DNA from: Methanomassiliicoccaceae archaeon
Lineage (GTDB): Archaea; Thermoplasmatota; Thermoplasmata; Methanomassiliicoccales; Methanomassiliicoccaceae
Assembly: GCA_040776945.1 (NCBI GenBank)
Contig: JAXGZN010000002.1
Coordinates: forward strand, 64,001-128,000
Reading direction: 5' to 3'
DNA: 64,000 nucleotides
In this document: positions 55,866-64,000 of the stretch, in pieces
Position numbering within the stretch: the stretch's first letter is position 1
Layout: every line of letters starts with the position of its first letter
The notes under the pieces: model-generated
Seen by the model: only the letters and a program-made list of their open reading frames with translations
What the model was told of the DNA's origin: nothing
Databases searched by the model: none
Made by a program: the position numbers and the translations under genes

Positions 55866-56858
55866 GTGCCGAGGTTGGAGAAGGATAGGCTGTGGATCAG
55901 CGACATCATCACCAAGGGGATGAGGATCGATGAAGTGTACGTGGTCAAGAAGAAGGACCCTCCCCGCAAGGGCCGCAAGGCGAACCACTTCTTCTCCCTT
56001 GTCCTCAGCGACTCCACAGGGGAGATAAGGACCAACTATTGGGGGGGCAACGAGGAAGGGCCGGTCAAGAAGGTCTATGACTCCATTCGCGAGGGCGCCC
56101 TCATCAGGGTCAGGGGCTCCAGCGACCAGTTCAACGACGCGATGGTGATACAGGTGAACCTGTCCAACGGAGACGATGTCCTAGAGGAGACCGTATCAGG
56201 CGATTACGATGTCTCGCACTTCGTGGCCTGTGCCGAGAGGGACCCCGAGGAGATGTACGCCGAGCTTCATGCCCTCATGCAACAGATCACCGATCCGGAC
56301 ATCGGGGCGATGCTGGAAAAGCTCTTCGGGGACCAGGACCTGCTGCGCAGGTTCAAGGCCGCCCCCGCCTCGGTCACCTTTCACTGCGCTTGGGTCGGAG
56401 GACTGCTGGAGCATACCCTCAACGTGGCGAGGAACTGCGAGGCCATCTCTCGCCTGTATCCCGCGCTGGACCACGATCTGCTGCTGGCATCGGCCATTCT
56501 GCACGACATCGGTAAGGTTTACTGCTACGACGTATCCACCACCATAACCGAATCGGTCAACGGCAGGCTGCTGGGGCACATCGTCATAGGGGCCCGCATG
56601 GTGGAGGGCGCATGCGACAGATGCGACCAGTTCCCCGAGCTGCTGAGGACCAAGCTGGTGCATATGGTGCTGGCGAGCCACGGGACCAATGAGAAGGGCT
56701 CCCCGACCGAGGCGGCCATCCCGGAGGCATTGGCGCTGAACTTCGCTGACGAGATGGATGCAAAGCTGGAGAGGTTCATCCGTGCCAGGGACAGCGGCGG
56801 GCCGGAGGACACGTTCGTGGTCGACCGGGCCCTGGGGACCAAGATATTCCTCGGGTGA
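55866..56858 (+). CDS. YhaM/Cbf1 family 3'-5' exoribonuclease (OB fold + HD domain)
   Basis: LSDSTGEI OB fold; APAS..FH...GGLLEHT, LHDIGK, GHI, SHG, ADEMDAK. Confidence 0.9.
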   Translation: MPRLEKDRLWISDIITKGMRIDEVYVVKKKDPPRKGRKANHFFSLVLSDSTGEIRTNYWGGNEEGPVKKVYDSIREGALIRVRGSSDQFNDAMVIQVNLSNGDDVLEETVSGDYDVSHFVACAERDPEEMYAELHALMQQITDPDIGAMLEKLFGDQDLLRRFKAAPASVTFHCAWVGGLLEHTLNVARNCEAISRLYPALDHDLLLASAILHDIGKVYCYDVSTTITESVNGRLLGHIVIGARMVEGACDRCDQFPELLRTKLVHMVLASHGTNEKGSPTEAAIPEALALNFADEMDAKLERFIRARDSGGPEDTFVVDRALGTKIFLG

Positions 56859-57479
56859 TCAGGGCCGCCGCAGCGTCACTGAGTACTGCGAAAGGAACCC
56901 TTCGCCCTCCAAGCCGCCGATGTCGACGACGCTGAGCACCTCGAAAGGAGGCTGGAAGGCGCTCACCGCAGCCTCCTTGGTCATGCACCCTGGAGGTGAG
57001 CTCTTGTAGCTTGGCACAACGAACACTATGTATCCCCCCGGTCTTGTGATCCTGTGCAGTTCCTTGATGAATAGCGCACGCTCCTCTCCCTTGAGCGCAT
57101 TATAGACCCTAGGATCGAACACAACATCGAACTCACCCGGATGGAACGGCATCTTGGTCGGCTCCGCCGAGTACACCTGTACCCTCGCATCCGTTTCCGC
57201 TATCCTCTGCCGCGCGATCTCCACCTCTCCAGGGAAGAGGCCGACCAGGGCGACGGCATAGCCCGACTGGGCCATATAGAGCGCGTCGATCCCGTCATCA
57301 TTGCTCAGCACCAGCGCTCGGCCGGAGGGCATCAGCCGGCTGGCCACGGCCTCGATCAGGGCCTCGTGGGGGCGGTACTCGCCCACCGGGTTGTCCTGCA
57401 GCGGCCGGCCCCAGTACATCTTTTCTATGTTAGGCGACACCATGATTGCACGTAACTGACTTGTCAATGCCGAGGCCAT
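56859..57479 (-). CDS. Class I SAM-dependent methyltransferase-like protein
   Basis: Degenerate motif I (ALVLSNDDG), PF..GEFDVV, TRPGGYI. Confidence 0.7.
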   Translation of the reverse strand: MASALTSQLRAIMVSPNIEKMYWGRPLQDNPVGEYRPHEALIEAVASRLMPSGRALVLSNDDGIDALYMAQSGYAVALVGLFPGEVEIARQRIAETDARVQVYSAEPTKMPFHPGEFDVVFDPRVYNALKGEERALFIKELHRITRPGGYIVFVVPSYKSSPPGCMTKEAAVSAFQPPFEVLSVVDIGGLEGEGFLSQYSVTLRRP

Positions 57480-57911
57480 AAATCTTGGCAGGACCGCGGT
57501 CGGCCGGTCCGGTGGTAAACCATCTCCAAAAGAGGGATGCGGCCCGGCCGGAAAGCCTCTATTGTCCCCCGGACCTTAACAGATTGGTTCATGGACGGCG
57601 AAAGCCTGTTCTCCCCACACTGACCCAGGCCGGGGGTTTGTTGTCGCGCGTCGGGGTTGTTTCCCATTCATGACCCGATGTCACATCGTTGTTCATGGAA
57701 AGACCCATATGAACGACGCTCTGTTCGCCTCCAGCATGCAAGGGGGTTCACGGATCGCCCCCGATCTCTGGAAGCGTTCGAACCATAGCGCGGCAGCTCT
57801 TAATGTTTTCCCCCGATGGACGGATGCTGCCGAGTTATTTTTGTGGGCGGCCCGCTTCTCAAAACCGGGAAGATATATGTACGCCGGGTTGAGATGAATA
57901 GAGAGGTCTAA

Positions 57912-58808
57912 GTGCTTATCGGATGCAGCGGATGGTCTTATGAGGATTGGGCGGGCAGGTTCTATCCCGTCAATATCGCCAGGAAGAAGGAGGAGTGGTT
58001 ACGTTACTATGCCTCGTTCTTCAACACGGTCGAGATAAACAGCACGTTCCATCGCCCTCCGAACGATTACATCGTCAACGGATGGATCAAGAAGGGGCTG
58101 GGGCTGAGGGGCTTCGAGTACTCGGTCAAGATGCCTTCACAAGTGACACATGACGCGCTCGGCAAGATGGAGGGGATCAAGGCCGGGATCATGGCGTCGG
58201 CCTTCGAAGCCTCCTGCGTAAGGCCGCTGGCGGAGAACCAGCTGTTGGGAGCGGTCCTCCTTCAGCTCCCGCCCACCCTGCGGAACGATGTGCCATCGAG
58301 GAAGGCCCTGGAGGAAACCCTTAACGCCCTGGACACCGACCACTACCGCTATGCCGTCGAGTTCCGCCACCGGTCCTGGCTCGATGACGGGACTGGAGGG
58401 CCGGACCTTCGGGTACGGGACATCCTGTCGTCATTCAAGGTCGCCAGCGTGGCGGTGGACGGACCAGGCATCGAGGTGACCACGGACGCTACCGCCGACC
58501 ATGCCTACGTGCGCATCCACGGCCGCGACCACGACATATGGTCGGATGAGGAGCGGGAGGACGACATCCGCCTGAGCAGGTTCGGCCATTTGTACAGCGA
58601 GGAGGAGATGGAAGGGATCAAGGACCGCATAGTGCGGCTTTCGGAAAAGGTGTCCGAGGCGAGGGTCTATTTCAACAACACGTCCAAGGCCAAAGGCATA
58701 AGGAACGCGCTGCAGCTGATGGACCTGCTCGGCATACGCCATCGGGAGAAGGAGATCCCGATGCAAGACCAGGCCTATCTGGGCCCATTCCTAATGGCTA
58801 GACAGTGA
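57912..58808 (+). CDS. DUF72 domain protein
   Basis: IGCSGWSY..W...FYP, VEINSTF, LLQLPP, VEFRHRSW, YVRIHGR, YFNN. Confidence 0.92.
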   Translation: MLIGCSGWSYEDWAGRFYPVNIARKKEEWLRYYASFFNTVEINSTFHRPPNDYIVNGWIKKGLGLRGFEYSVKMPSQVTHDALGKMEGIKAGIMASAFEASCVRPLAENQLLGAVLLQLPPTLRNDVPSRKALEETLNALDTDHYRYAVEFRHRSWLDDGTGGPDLRVRDILSSFKVASVAVDGPGIEVTTDATADHAYVRIHGRDHDIWSDEEREDDIRLSRFGHLYSEEEMEGIKDRIVRLSEKVSEARVYFNNTSKAKGIRNALQLMDLLGIRHREKEIPMQDQAYLGPFLMARQ

Positions 58809-58899
58809 CCGTCCCGAGGCCTGCCGCCGCTACGGAGAACTGGCAAGATATGAATAAGAATCCGGACATGCTTACACCGTGGGAGGACCGGTAGGCAGC

Positions 58900-60999
58900 A
58901 TGAGGTCACTGTTCGAAGCATCGTCCATCGCGGTGGTGGGCGCATCCCAGAAGGAAGGGAAGATAGGCCACATCATCGTACGGAACCTCATCGGTTCCGG
59001 TTACCGCGGCTCGCTATATCCTGTGAACCCCAGGTCCGCTGAGGTGCTGGGACTTAAGTGCTACCCTGACCTTGCTTCCATCCCCGGAGAGGTAGAGATG
59101 GTCGTCGTCGTCGTTCCCGGCACGGCGGTGCCCCAGGTAATGGAGGAGGCCGGGGAGAAAGGGGCCAAGGTCGCGGTGGTGATATCCGCCGGCTTCCGAG
59201 AGACAGGCCGGGAGGGGGCGGAGCTGGAGCGCCGGGTCGGGGAGATCGCCAGGCGCCACGGACTGAGGGTCCTGGGGCCCAACTGCATGGGGGTGATCAG
59301 CACCTCCAATTCGATGAACGCGACCTTCACCAACGATTACCCGCGTGAAGGACCGGTCGCCATAAGCTCCCAGTCCGGGGCGATCTGCTCGGTGGTCCTC
59401 GACTGGGCCCGGGCCACCCGCATCGGCTTCTCCAAGTTCATCTCTGTAGGGAACAAGCTGGACATCGATGAGGCGGACCTTCTGGGATACCTAAAGGACG
59501 ACGAGCAGACCGCGGTCATCGGCCTGTACATCGAGGGCATGTCCAAGGGACAGGAGTTCATCAGGGTGGCCAGGGAGACCTCGAGGTCCAAGCCCATCAT
59601 CGCCTTGAAGGCCGGAAGGACGAGCTCCGGGGCAAAGGCCGCATCCTCGCACACCGGCGCGCTCTCCGGGAGCGACAAGGTCTACGACGCCGCGCTGGCC
59701 CAGGCCGGCGTGGTGCGGGTCAAGACAATCGATGAGCTCTTCGACCTGCTGCAGGCGTTCGGCACCTCGCGCATCCCCGAGGGCGAAGGCCTCGCCATAG
59801 TGACCAACGCAGGCGGCCTGGGAGTGATGGCTGCGGACGCGGTGTCCGACAACGGGCTGTCTCTCGCATCGTTCGCTCCGGAGACCGTTGAACGGCTAAA
59901 GGCCGTACTGCCGGAAGAGGCCAACTTCTACAACCCGGTGGATGTGATCGGCGATGCCGACGCCGCCAGGTACGAGGTGGCCATCCGGACGGTGGTCGAG
60001 GACCCCAATGTCCACATGGTCCTTGCACTGCTCGCGCCGACGGACGTGCTTGACATCAGCTCGGTGGCCAGGACGATCGCCTCTTTCTCCGGCAGCTCTC
60101 GGGTGCCGATAGTGGCCTCCTTCGTGGGCGGAGAGGACGTGGAAGAAGGCTCCCGCATCCTCATGGAGGCCGGGGTGCCGTCCTTCCAATCCCCGGACAG
60201 GGCGGCGCGGGCCCTGAGCGCGATGGTCCGCTACAAAGAGATGAAGGAGCGCGTTCCAGAGGGGGACATGCCAAAAGTGGCCGGGGACACCGCGGCGGTC
60301 AGGAGGCTGTTGGACCGGGTGCGGTCTGAAGGAAGGACGGCGCTCAGCGAGAGCGAGGGCAAGGAGATCTTCATGGCCTACGGCCTGCCGGTGCCGCCGG
60401 AAGGAGAGGCGCACAGCGCCGACGAGGCGGTCAAGCTCGCCCACGTGATCGGATACCCCGTGGTCATGAAGATCTCATCACCGGACATCGCCCACAAGAC
60501 CGATGTCGGAGGTGTCGCGGTCAACCTGAAAAGCGATGAGGAGGTCCGGCGCACCTACGGCCTGATGATGTCCCAGGTACGCGACAGGATGCCGTCCGCC
60601 CGGGTCAGCGGGGTAACGGTGGAGAAGATGTTCTCCGGCCGGGAGGTCATCGTTGGCATGGTCCGTGACGAGACCTTCGGCCCGGTCATCACCTTCGGCC
60701 TGGGAGGCATATTCGTGGAGATCATGAAGGACGTAAGCCAGCGCATAGTGCCGGTGACCGAGGGGATGGTGGACGACATGATCCGGTCCATAAAGGCCTA
60801 CCCCATACTCACCGGGGCCCGGGGGCGCAGGCCCGCGGACATCGAGGCGCTGAAGAAGATAATATTCGGGGTCGCCCAGATCGCCATGGACTTCCCCGAG
60901 ATAATGGAACTTGAGATCAACCCGGTCATGGTCGGGGACGCCGGCCAAGGATGTGGGGCGGTCGATGCGTTGGTGACGATTAGGAGAGTGGTTCAATGA
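58900..60999 (+). CDS. Acetate--CoA ligase (ADP-forming), fused alpha/beta
   Basis: AVVGAS, GPNCMG, SQSGA, SHTGALSG catalytic His, NAGGLG, NPVD; ATP-grasp HKTDVGGV, EINP. Confidence 0.92.
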   Translation: MRSLFEASSIAVVGASQKEGKIGHIIVRNLIGSGYRGSLYPVNPRSAEVLGLKCYPDLASIPGEVEMVVVVVPGTAVPQVMEEAGEKGAKVAVVISAGFRETGREGAELERRVGEIARRHGLRVLGPNCMGVISTSNSMNATFTNDYPREGPVAISSQSGAICSVVLDWARATRIGFSKFISVGNKLDIDEADLLGYLKDDEQTAVIGLYIEGMSKGQEFIRVARETSRSKPIIALKAGRTSSGAKAASSHTGALSGSDKVYDAALAQAGVVRVKTIDELFDLLQAFGTSRIPEGEGLAIVTNAGGLGVMAADAVSDNGLSLASFAPETVERLKAVLPEEANFYNPVDVIGDADAARYEVAIRTVVEDPNVHMVLALLAPTDVLDISSVARTIASFSGSSRVPIVASFVGGEDVEEGSRILMEAGVPSFQSPDRAARALSAMVRYKEMKERVPEGDMPKVAGDTAAVRRLLDRVRSEGRTALSESEGKEIFMAYGLPVPPEGEAHSADEAVKLAHVIGYPVVMKISSPDIAHKTDVGGVAVNLKSDEEVRRTYGLMMSQVRDRMPSARVSGVTVEKMFSGREVIVGMVRDETFGPVITFGLGGIFVEIMKDVSQRIVPVTEGMVDDMIRSIKAYPILTGARGRRPADIEALKKIIFGVAQIAMDFPEIMELEINPVMVGDAGQGCGAVDALVTIRRVVQ

Positions 61000-61994
61000 A
61001 GACCTTGTTTCTGGGATCGGTGGTGGAGAGGTCGGGAAAGAGCATGGTCGCCCTGGGGCTGGCCAAGAACAGCCCGTTCAAGATCGGCTACTTCAAGCCG
61101 TTCAAGGAGGTCATGATGAACCTGGAGGGCCGGGTGATCGACCAGGACGCCTACCTGATGAAACGTGCGCTCGGCCTGCCCTATGATGAGGACGACCTCT
61201 GCCCGCTGACTTATGACATCTATCAACCCGTCAGCATGGAGGAGATCCTGAAACGGTATGAGCGGGTGAAGGAGGGTGCCGATGCAATGCTCGTGGAGGG
61301 CACCCGCGACATAACGACCGGATGCATGGGTTCGGTCTCGGGCATGGCCATCGCCAACGCCATCAATGCCAACGTCGTCCTGGTGTCCTCGGCCCAGCTC
61401 CCTGCCTTGGACAAGATATGCATGCTGCGCCGGCTGATGGACCAATATCCGCTCCACTTCCGAGGGGTCATATTGAACCAGGCCGAGGACCTGAAGATGG
61501 GGCGGCTTATCGAAAAGAGAGGGATCAAGGTGCTGGGGTCCATACCTCCGATGAGGGAGCTCCGCGCCTTCCGGGTGCGGGAGATGGCCGAGGCCCTGGG
61601 GGCCGAGGTGCTCAACGGCGAAAGAGGAATGGACGAGCAGGTGGAGAAAGTGATGATCGGCGCGATGGCCCCGGAGACCGCGCTTATGTACATGCGTCGG
61701 ATGTCGCGGAAGGCCATCATAACCGGCGGGGACCGTGCGGACATCCAACTGGCGGCCCTGTCCACCGACACCTCCTGCCTGGTGCTCACCGGTGGCCTGT
61801 ACCCCCCGAAGCCCGTGGTGGCCAAGGCCTACGAGGTCGGGGTGCCTATCCTGGTCACCAGGCACAACACCATGGAAGCCGCGGAGATGATCGATCGGCT
61901 CATTGCCCGAATAGACCCGGACGATAAGGACAAGATAACGAAGATCGCGGACATGGTTAAACGTTATGTCGATCTGGACGAGGTATGGAGATAG
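60996..61994 (+). CDS. Phosphotransacetylase N-terminal-like protein (BioD-like P-loop + DRTGG), no catalytic PTA domain
   Basis: SGKSMVALGL, GYFKP, LVEG, ITGGDRADI, LTGG; ATGA overlap with the ligase gene. Confidence 0.85.
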   Translation: MKTLFLGSVVERSGKSMVALGLAKNSPFKIGYFKPFKEVMMNLEGRVIDQDAYLMKRALGLPYDEDDLCPLTYDIYQPVSMEEILKRYERVKEGADAMLVEGTRDITTGCMGSVSGMAIANAINANVVLVSSAQLPALDKICMLRRLMDQYPLHFRGVILNQAEDLKMGRLIEKRGIKVLGSIPPMRELRAFRVREMAEALGAEVLNGERGMDEQVEKVMIGAMAPETALMYMRRMSRKAIITGGDRADIQLAALSTDTSCLVLTGGLYPPKPVVAKAYEVGVPILVTRHNTMEAAEMIDRLIARIDPDDKDKITKIADMVKRYVDLDEVWR

Positions 61995-62050
61995 AGATAT
62001 CTATAAATCGAAAGGGATATGAAGGGCCGCGGTAGGCAGAGCGGATTGGC

Positions 62051-62926
62051 ATGAACAGCATTCCAAAGACCAAGGTGAACAGGAGCAGGTTCTCGATCAA
62101 GCGCCTGGTGCCAGGCGAGAAGATACTCTGGGAGGGCAGACCCTCGGTGATCGTGTATTTCCTCCGCTCTTTGCTGCTCACCATCTTTGGCTTCATCTTC
62201 GCCCTTTCTGCGCTCCTGCAGGAAGGCAAGACCATCACCTCAGATCTGGGGTCGTATTTCTTCCTCTTGCTGATGTTGGTCCTCATCGCACTGATGATTA
62301 TAATCCACCGCAAGTGGGGCATCGCCGAGGGCATCGTGGCCATGATAGTGGTCGTGATCGTGGTGTTCGACGTACAGATCACCAAAGCGATCTTCCTCGC
62401 ACCCGCCATAATCGGCCTGGTCGCGCTGGTAGTGGAGTACCTGGTCTGGTCCCATACGTACTTCGCCATCTCCGATCGGCGCATCATGACCCAGACCGGC
62501 ATCTTTAGCCTGCTCTTCGTGGACACCCAGATCGACCGTCTACAGAACGTGTCCGTATCTCAGCCGTTCATCGAGCGCATCCTGGGATACGGGGACGTGA
62601 TGTTCGCTACCGCCGGAGAGATGGGAGGAATAGACAGCAACGCCTGGACCCAGAAGATGAGCAAGGGCGGTGCGATCGTGTGGGAAAACATCCCACGGCC
62701 GTTCGAGGTCCGCAGGATCGCGGAGACCATAATACTCCAGTCGAACAGGCCTCAAGTGCAATATGTCCCCCAGGCCTATTCTCCAGCCTCCCCGGCCACC
62801 CCCGCCTCTTCGTACTCGGTGGAGGCCAGCGAGCGGCTGGAGAAGCTAAAGGAGATGAGGGACAAGAACCTCATAAGCGAAGAGGAGTTCCAAAGGAAGC
62901 GTCAGGAGATAATCGGCCGTCTGTGA
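62051..62926 (+). CDS. Membrane protein with bacterial PH domain and C-terminal SHOCT domain
   Basis: GEKILWEGRP, TM helices, YFAISDRRI, QPFIERILGYGDV, LEKLKEMRDKNLISEEEFQRKRQEI. Confidence 0.85.
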   Translation: MNSIPKTKVNRSRFSIKRLVPGEKILWEGRPSVIVYFLRSLLLTIFGFIFALSALLQEGKTITSDLGSYFFLLLMLVLIALMIIIHRKWGIAEGIVAMIVVVIVVFDVQITKAIFLAPAIIGLVALVVEYLVWSHTYFAISDRRIMTQTGIFSLLFVDTQIDRLQNVSVSQPFIERILGYGDVMFATAGEMGGIDSNAWTQKMSKGGAIVWENIPRPFEVRRIAETIILQSNRPQVQYVPQAYSPASPATPASSYSVEASERLEKLKEMRDKNLISEEEFQRKRQEIIGRL

Positions 62927-62944
62927 GGACGGGTCCGGCGGGCC

Positions 62945-64000
62945 CTACATCTCTATGGCGCTCGTCCCGTCCTCCAGCTCCCGGATGGTGATGACATTGC
63001 TCATCAGGTCCTTGGTGTCGTCGATGTGGCTGATGAGGATGATCTGCTGGAACTGTCCCTCCAACCGGTTCAGGGTGCCCATGATGTTGCGCTTCCTGAC
63101 CTGGTCCTGGGAGCCGAAGATCTCGTCCAAGATGAGGAAGTTGATGTCGTTGCCGGAGCGGTCCGCCAGCGCCCTGGATATCGCCAATCGGAGGCTCAGG
63201 TTGGCAAGGTCGCTCTCGCCCCCTGAGAACCTGGACAGCGGGTACTTGTCCCTGCCGTCATAGATATGCATCTCATAGTCCTCGTCCAGCTCGATGCCTC
63301 CGTACCGGGAGTCGGTCATGTCCGAGAACAACTGGGAGGATGTCTCTGATAAGGTGGGGACTATCCTATCCATTATGTTCTGCTTGAAGTCGATCATCAC
63401 TCTCTCCAAGGTGGCGAGGTGCTCCACGGCCCTCGCCCGCTCGGCAATGCCCCTCTCGATCTCCAAGATCTCTTCCATGGCCTTCCTGCGATCGTTGATC
63501 TGATGGTCAGTGTGCTCTATGTCCTTTCTGCGTAGGGCTATTTCGTTATGGGCGGCCTCCCGGGCATGGTAAGCCTCATCGTAGGCATCAAAAGCGGCCT
63601 TCAGGTCGCCCTCGGTGTAGCCTACCGCGTTCAGGTCCTCCTTCGCCCTCCCCAGCTCTGTGCTCTTGCTCGCAATGGCCTGTTCGATTTCCTTGACCTG
63701 TGCCTCCAGCTGAGGCAGGCGGGCCCCCTCGCCGCGCAGCGCCTGGAACCTCTCTGCCTCCGGGCGGAGAGACACGATCCTGTCCTTGAGCGCATTGTAG
63801 GCCTGCTGATCGAAGCTCACCTCGCCGATATCGTTCAGCTCGATCTGCGCTCGCGTCAGGTCCTCGGACAGCTTTTCCAGGTCTTTCTGGAGCCTCTCCG
63901 CAGTGGCCGTCAGCTTGACCAGGTTGTCCACGTCGGCATCGTACTTACTCTTCCGGTCTTCGAGCGCGCTCCTGCGCCGGGACAGCGTCTCCAGTTCCGT
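62945..64000 (-). CDS. Rad50/SbcC-type SMC ATPase, C-terminal part (5' end outside window)
   Basis: Coiled coil followed by signature FSGGE, Walker B ILDEIFGSQD, ISH. Confidence 0.88.
   Translation of the reverse strand, partial: TELETLSRRRSALEDRKSKYDADVDNLVKLTATAERLQKDLEKLSEDLTRAQIELNDIGEVSFDQQAYNALKDRIVSLRPEAERFQALRGEGARLPQLEAQVKEIEQAIASKSTELGRAKEDLNAVGYTEGDLKAAFDAYDEAYHAREAAHNEIALRRKDIEHTDHQINDRRKAMEEILEIERGIAERARAVEHLATLERVMIDFKQNIMDRIVPTLSETSSQLFSDMTDSRYGGIELDEDYEMHIYDGRDKYPLSRFSGGESDLANLSLRLAISRALADRSGNDINFLILDEIFGSQDQVRKRNIMGTLNRLEGQFQQIILISHIDDTKDLMSNVITIRELEDGTSAIEM

Overview
GC-rich archaeal chromosomal DNA. The gene set (rpoL, radB, arcS, bud32, ipk-fni-idsA, pyrBI, Hef helicase, stand-alone 5S rRNA) best fits Thermoplasmatota, probably Methanomassiliicoccales; the taxon is an inference. 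The window holds about 58 CDSs, tRNA-Pro(TGG), tRNA-Gly(TCC) and one unlinked 5S rRNA. I saw no CRISPR array, transposase or integrase. Most genes are housekeeping. Five things stand out. (1) A ~1440-aa membrane-anchored FG-GAP/PKD surface protein has a cytoplasmic roadblock/longin-like tail; it is divergent from a wHTH regulator across an AT-rich inverted repeat and lies ~1.6 kb from a soluble roadblock/LC7 gene, a candidate transmembrane signalling system. (2) An output-less PAS protein is paired with a sensor-less histidine kinase, possibly joined through short helical motifs. (3) A TusA + DsrE/H/E/F sulfur-relay operon with a divergent Cys-rich regulator sits next to arcS. (4) SRAP, Hef and DNA ligase form a co-oriented run near other repair/decay genes. 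(5) Amber stop usage is high (13 of 57 complete 3' ends). All product calls come from motif recognition by eye, not database searches.
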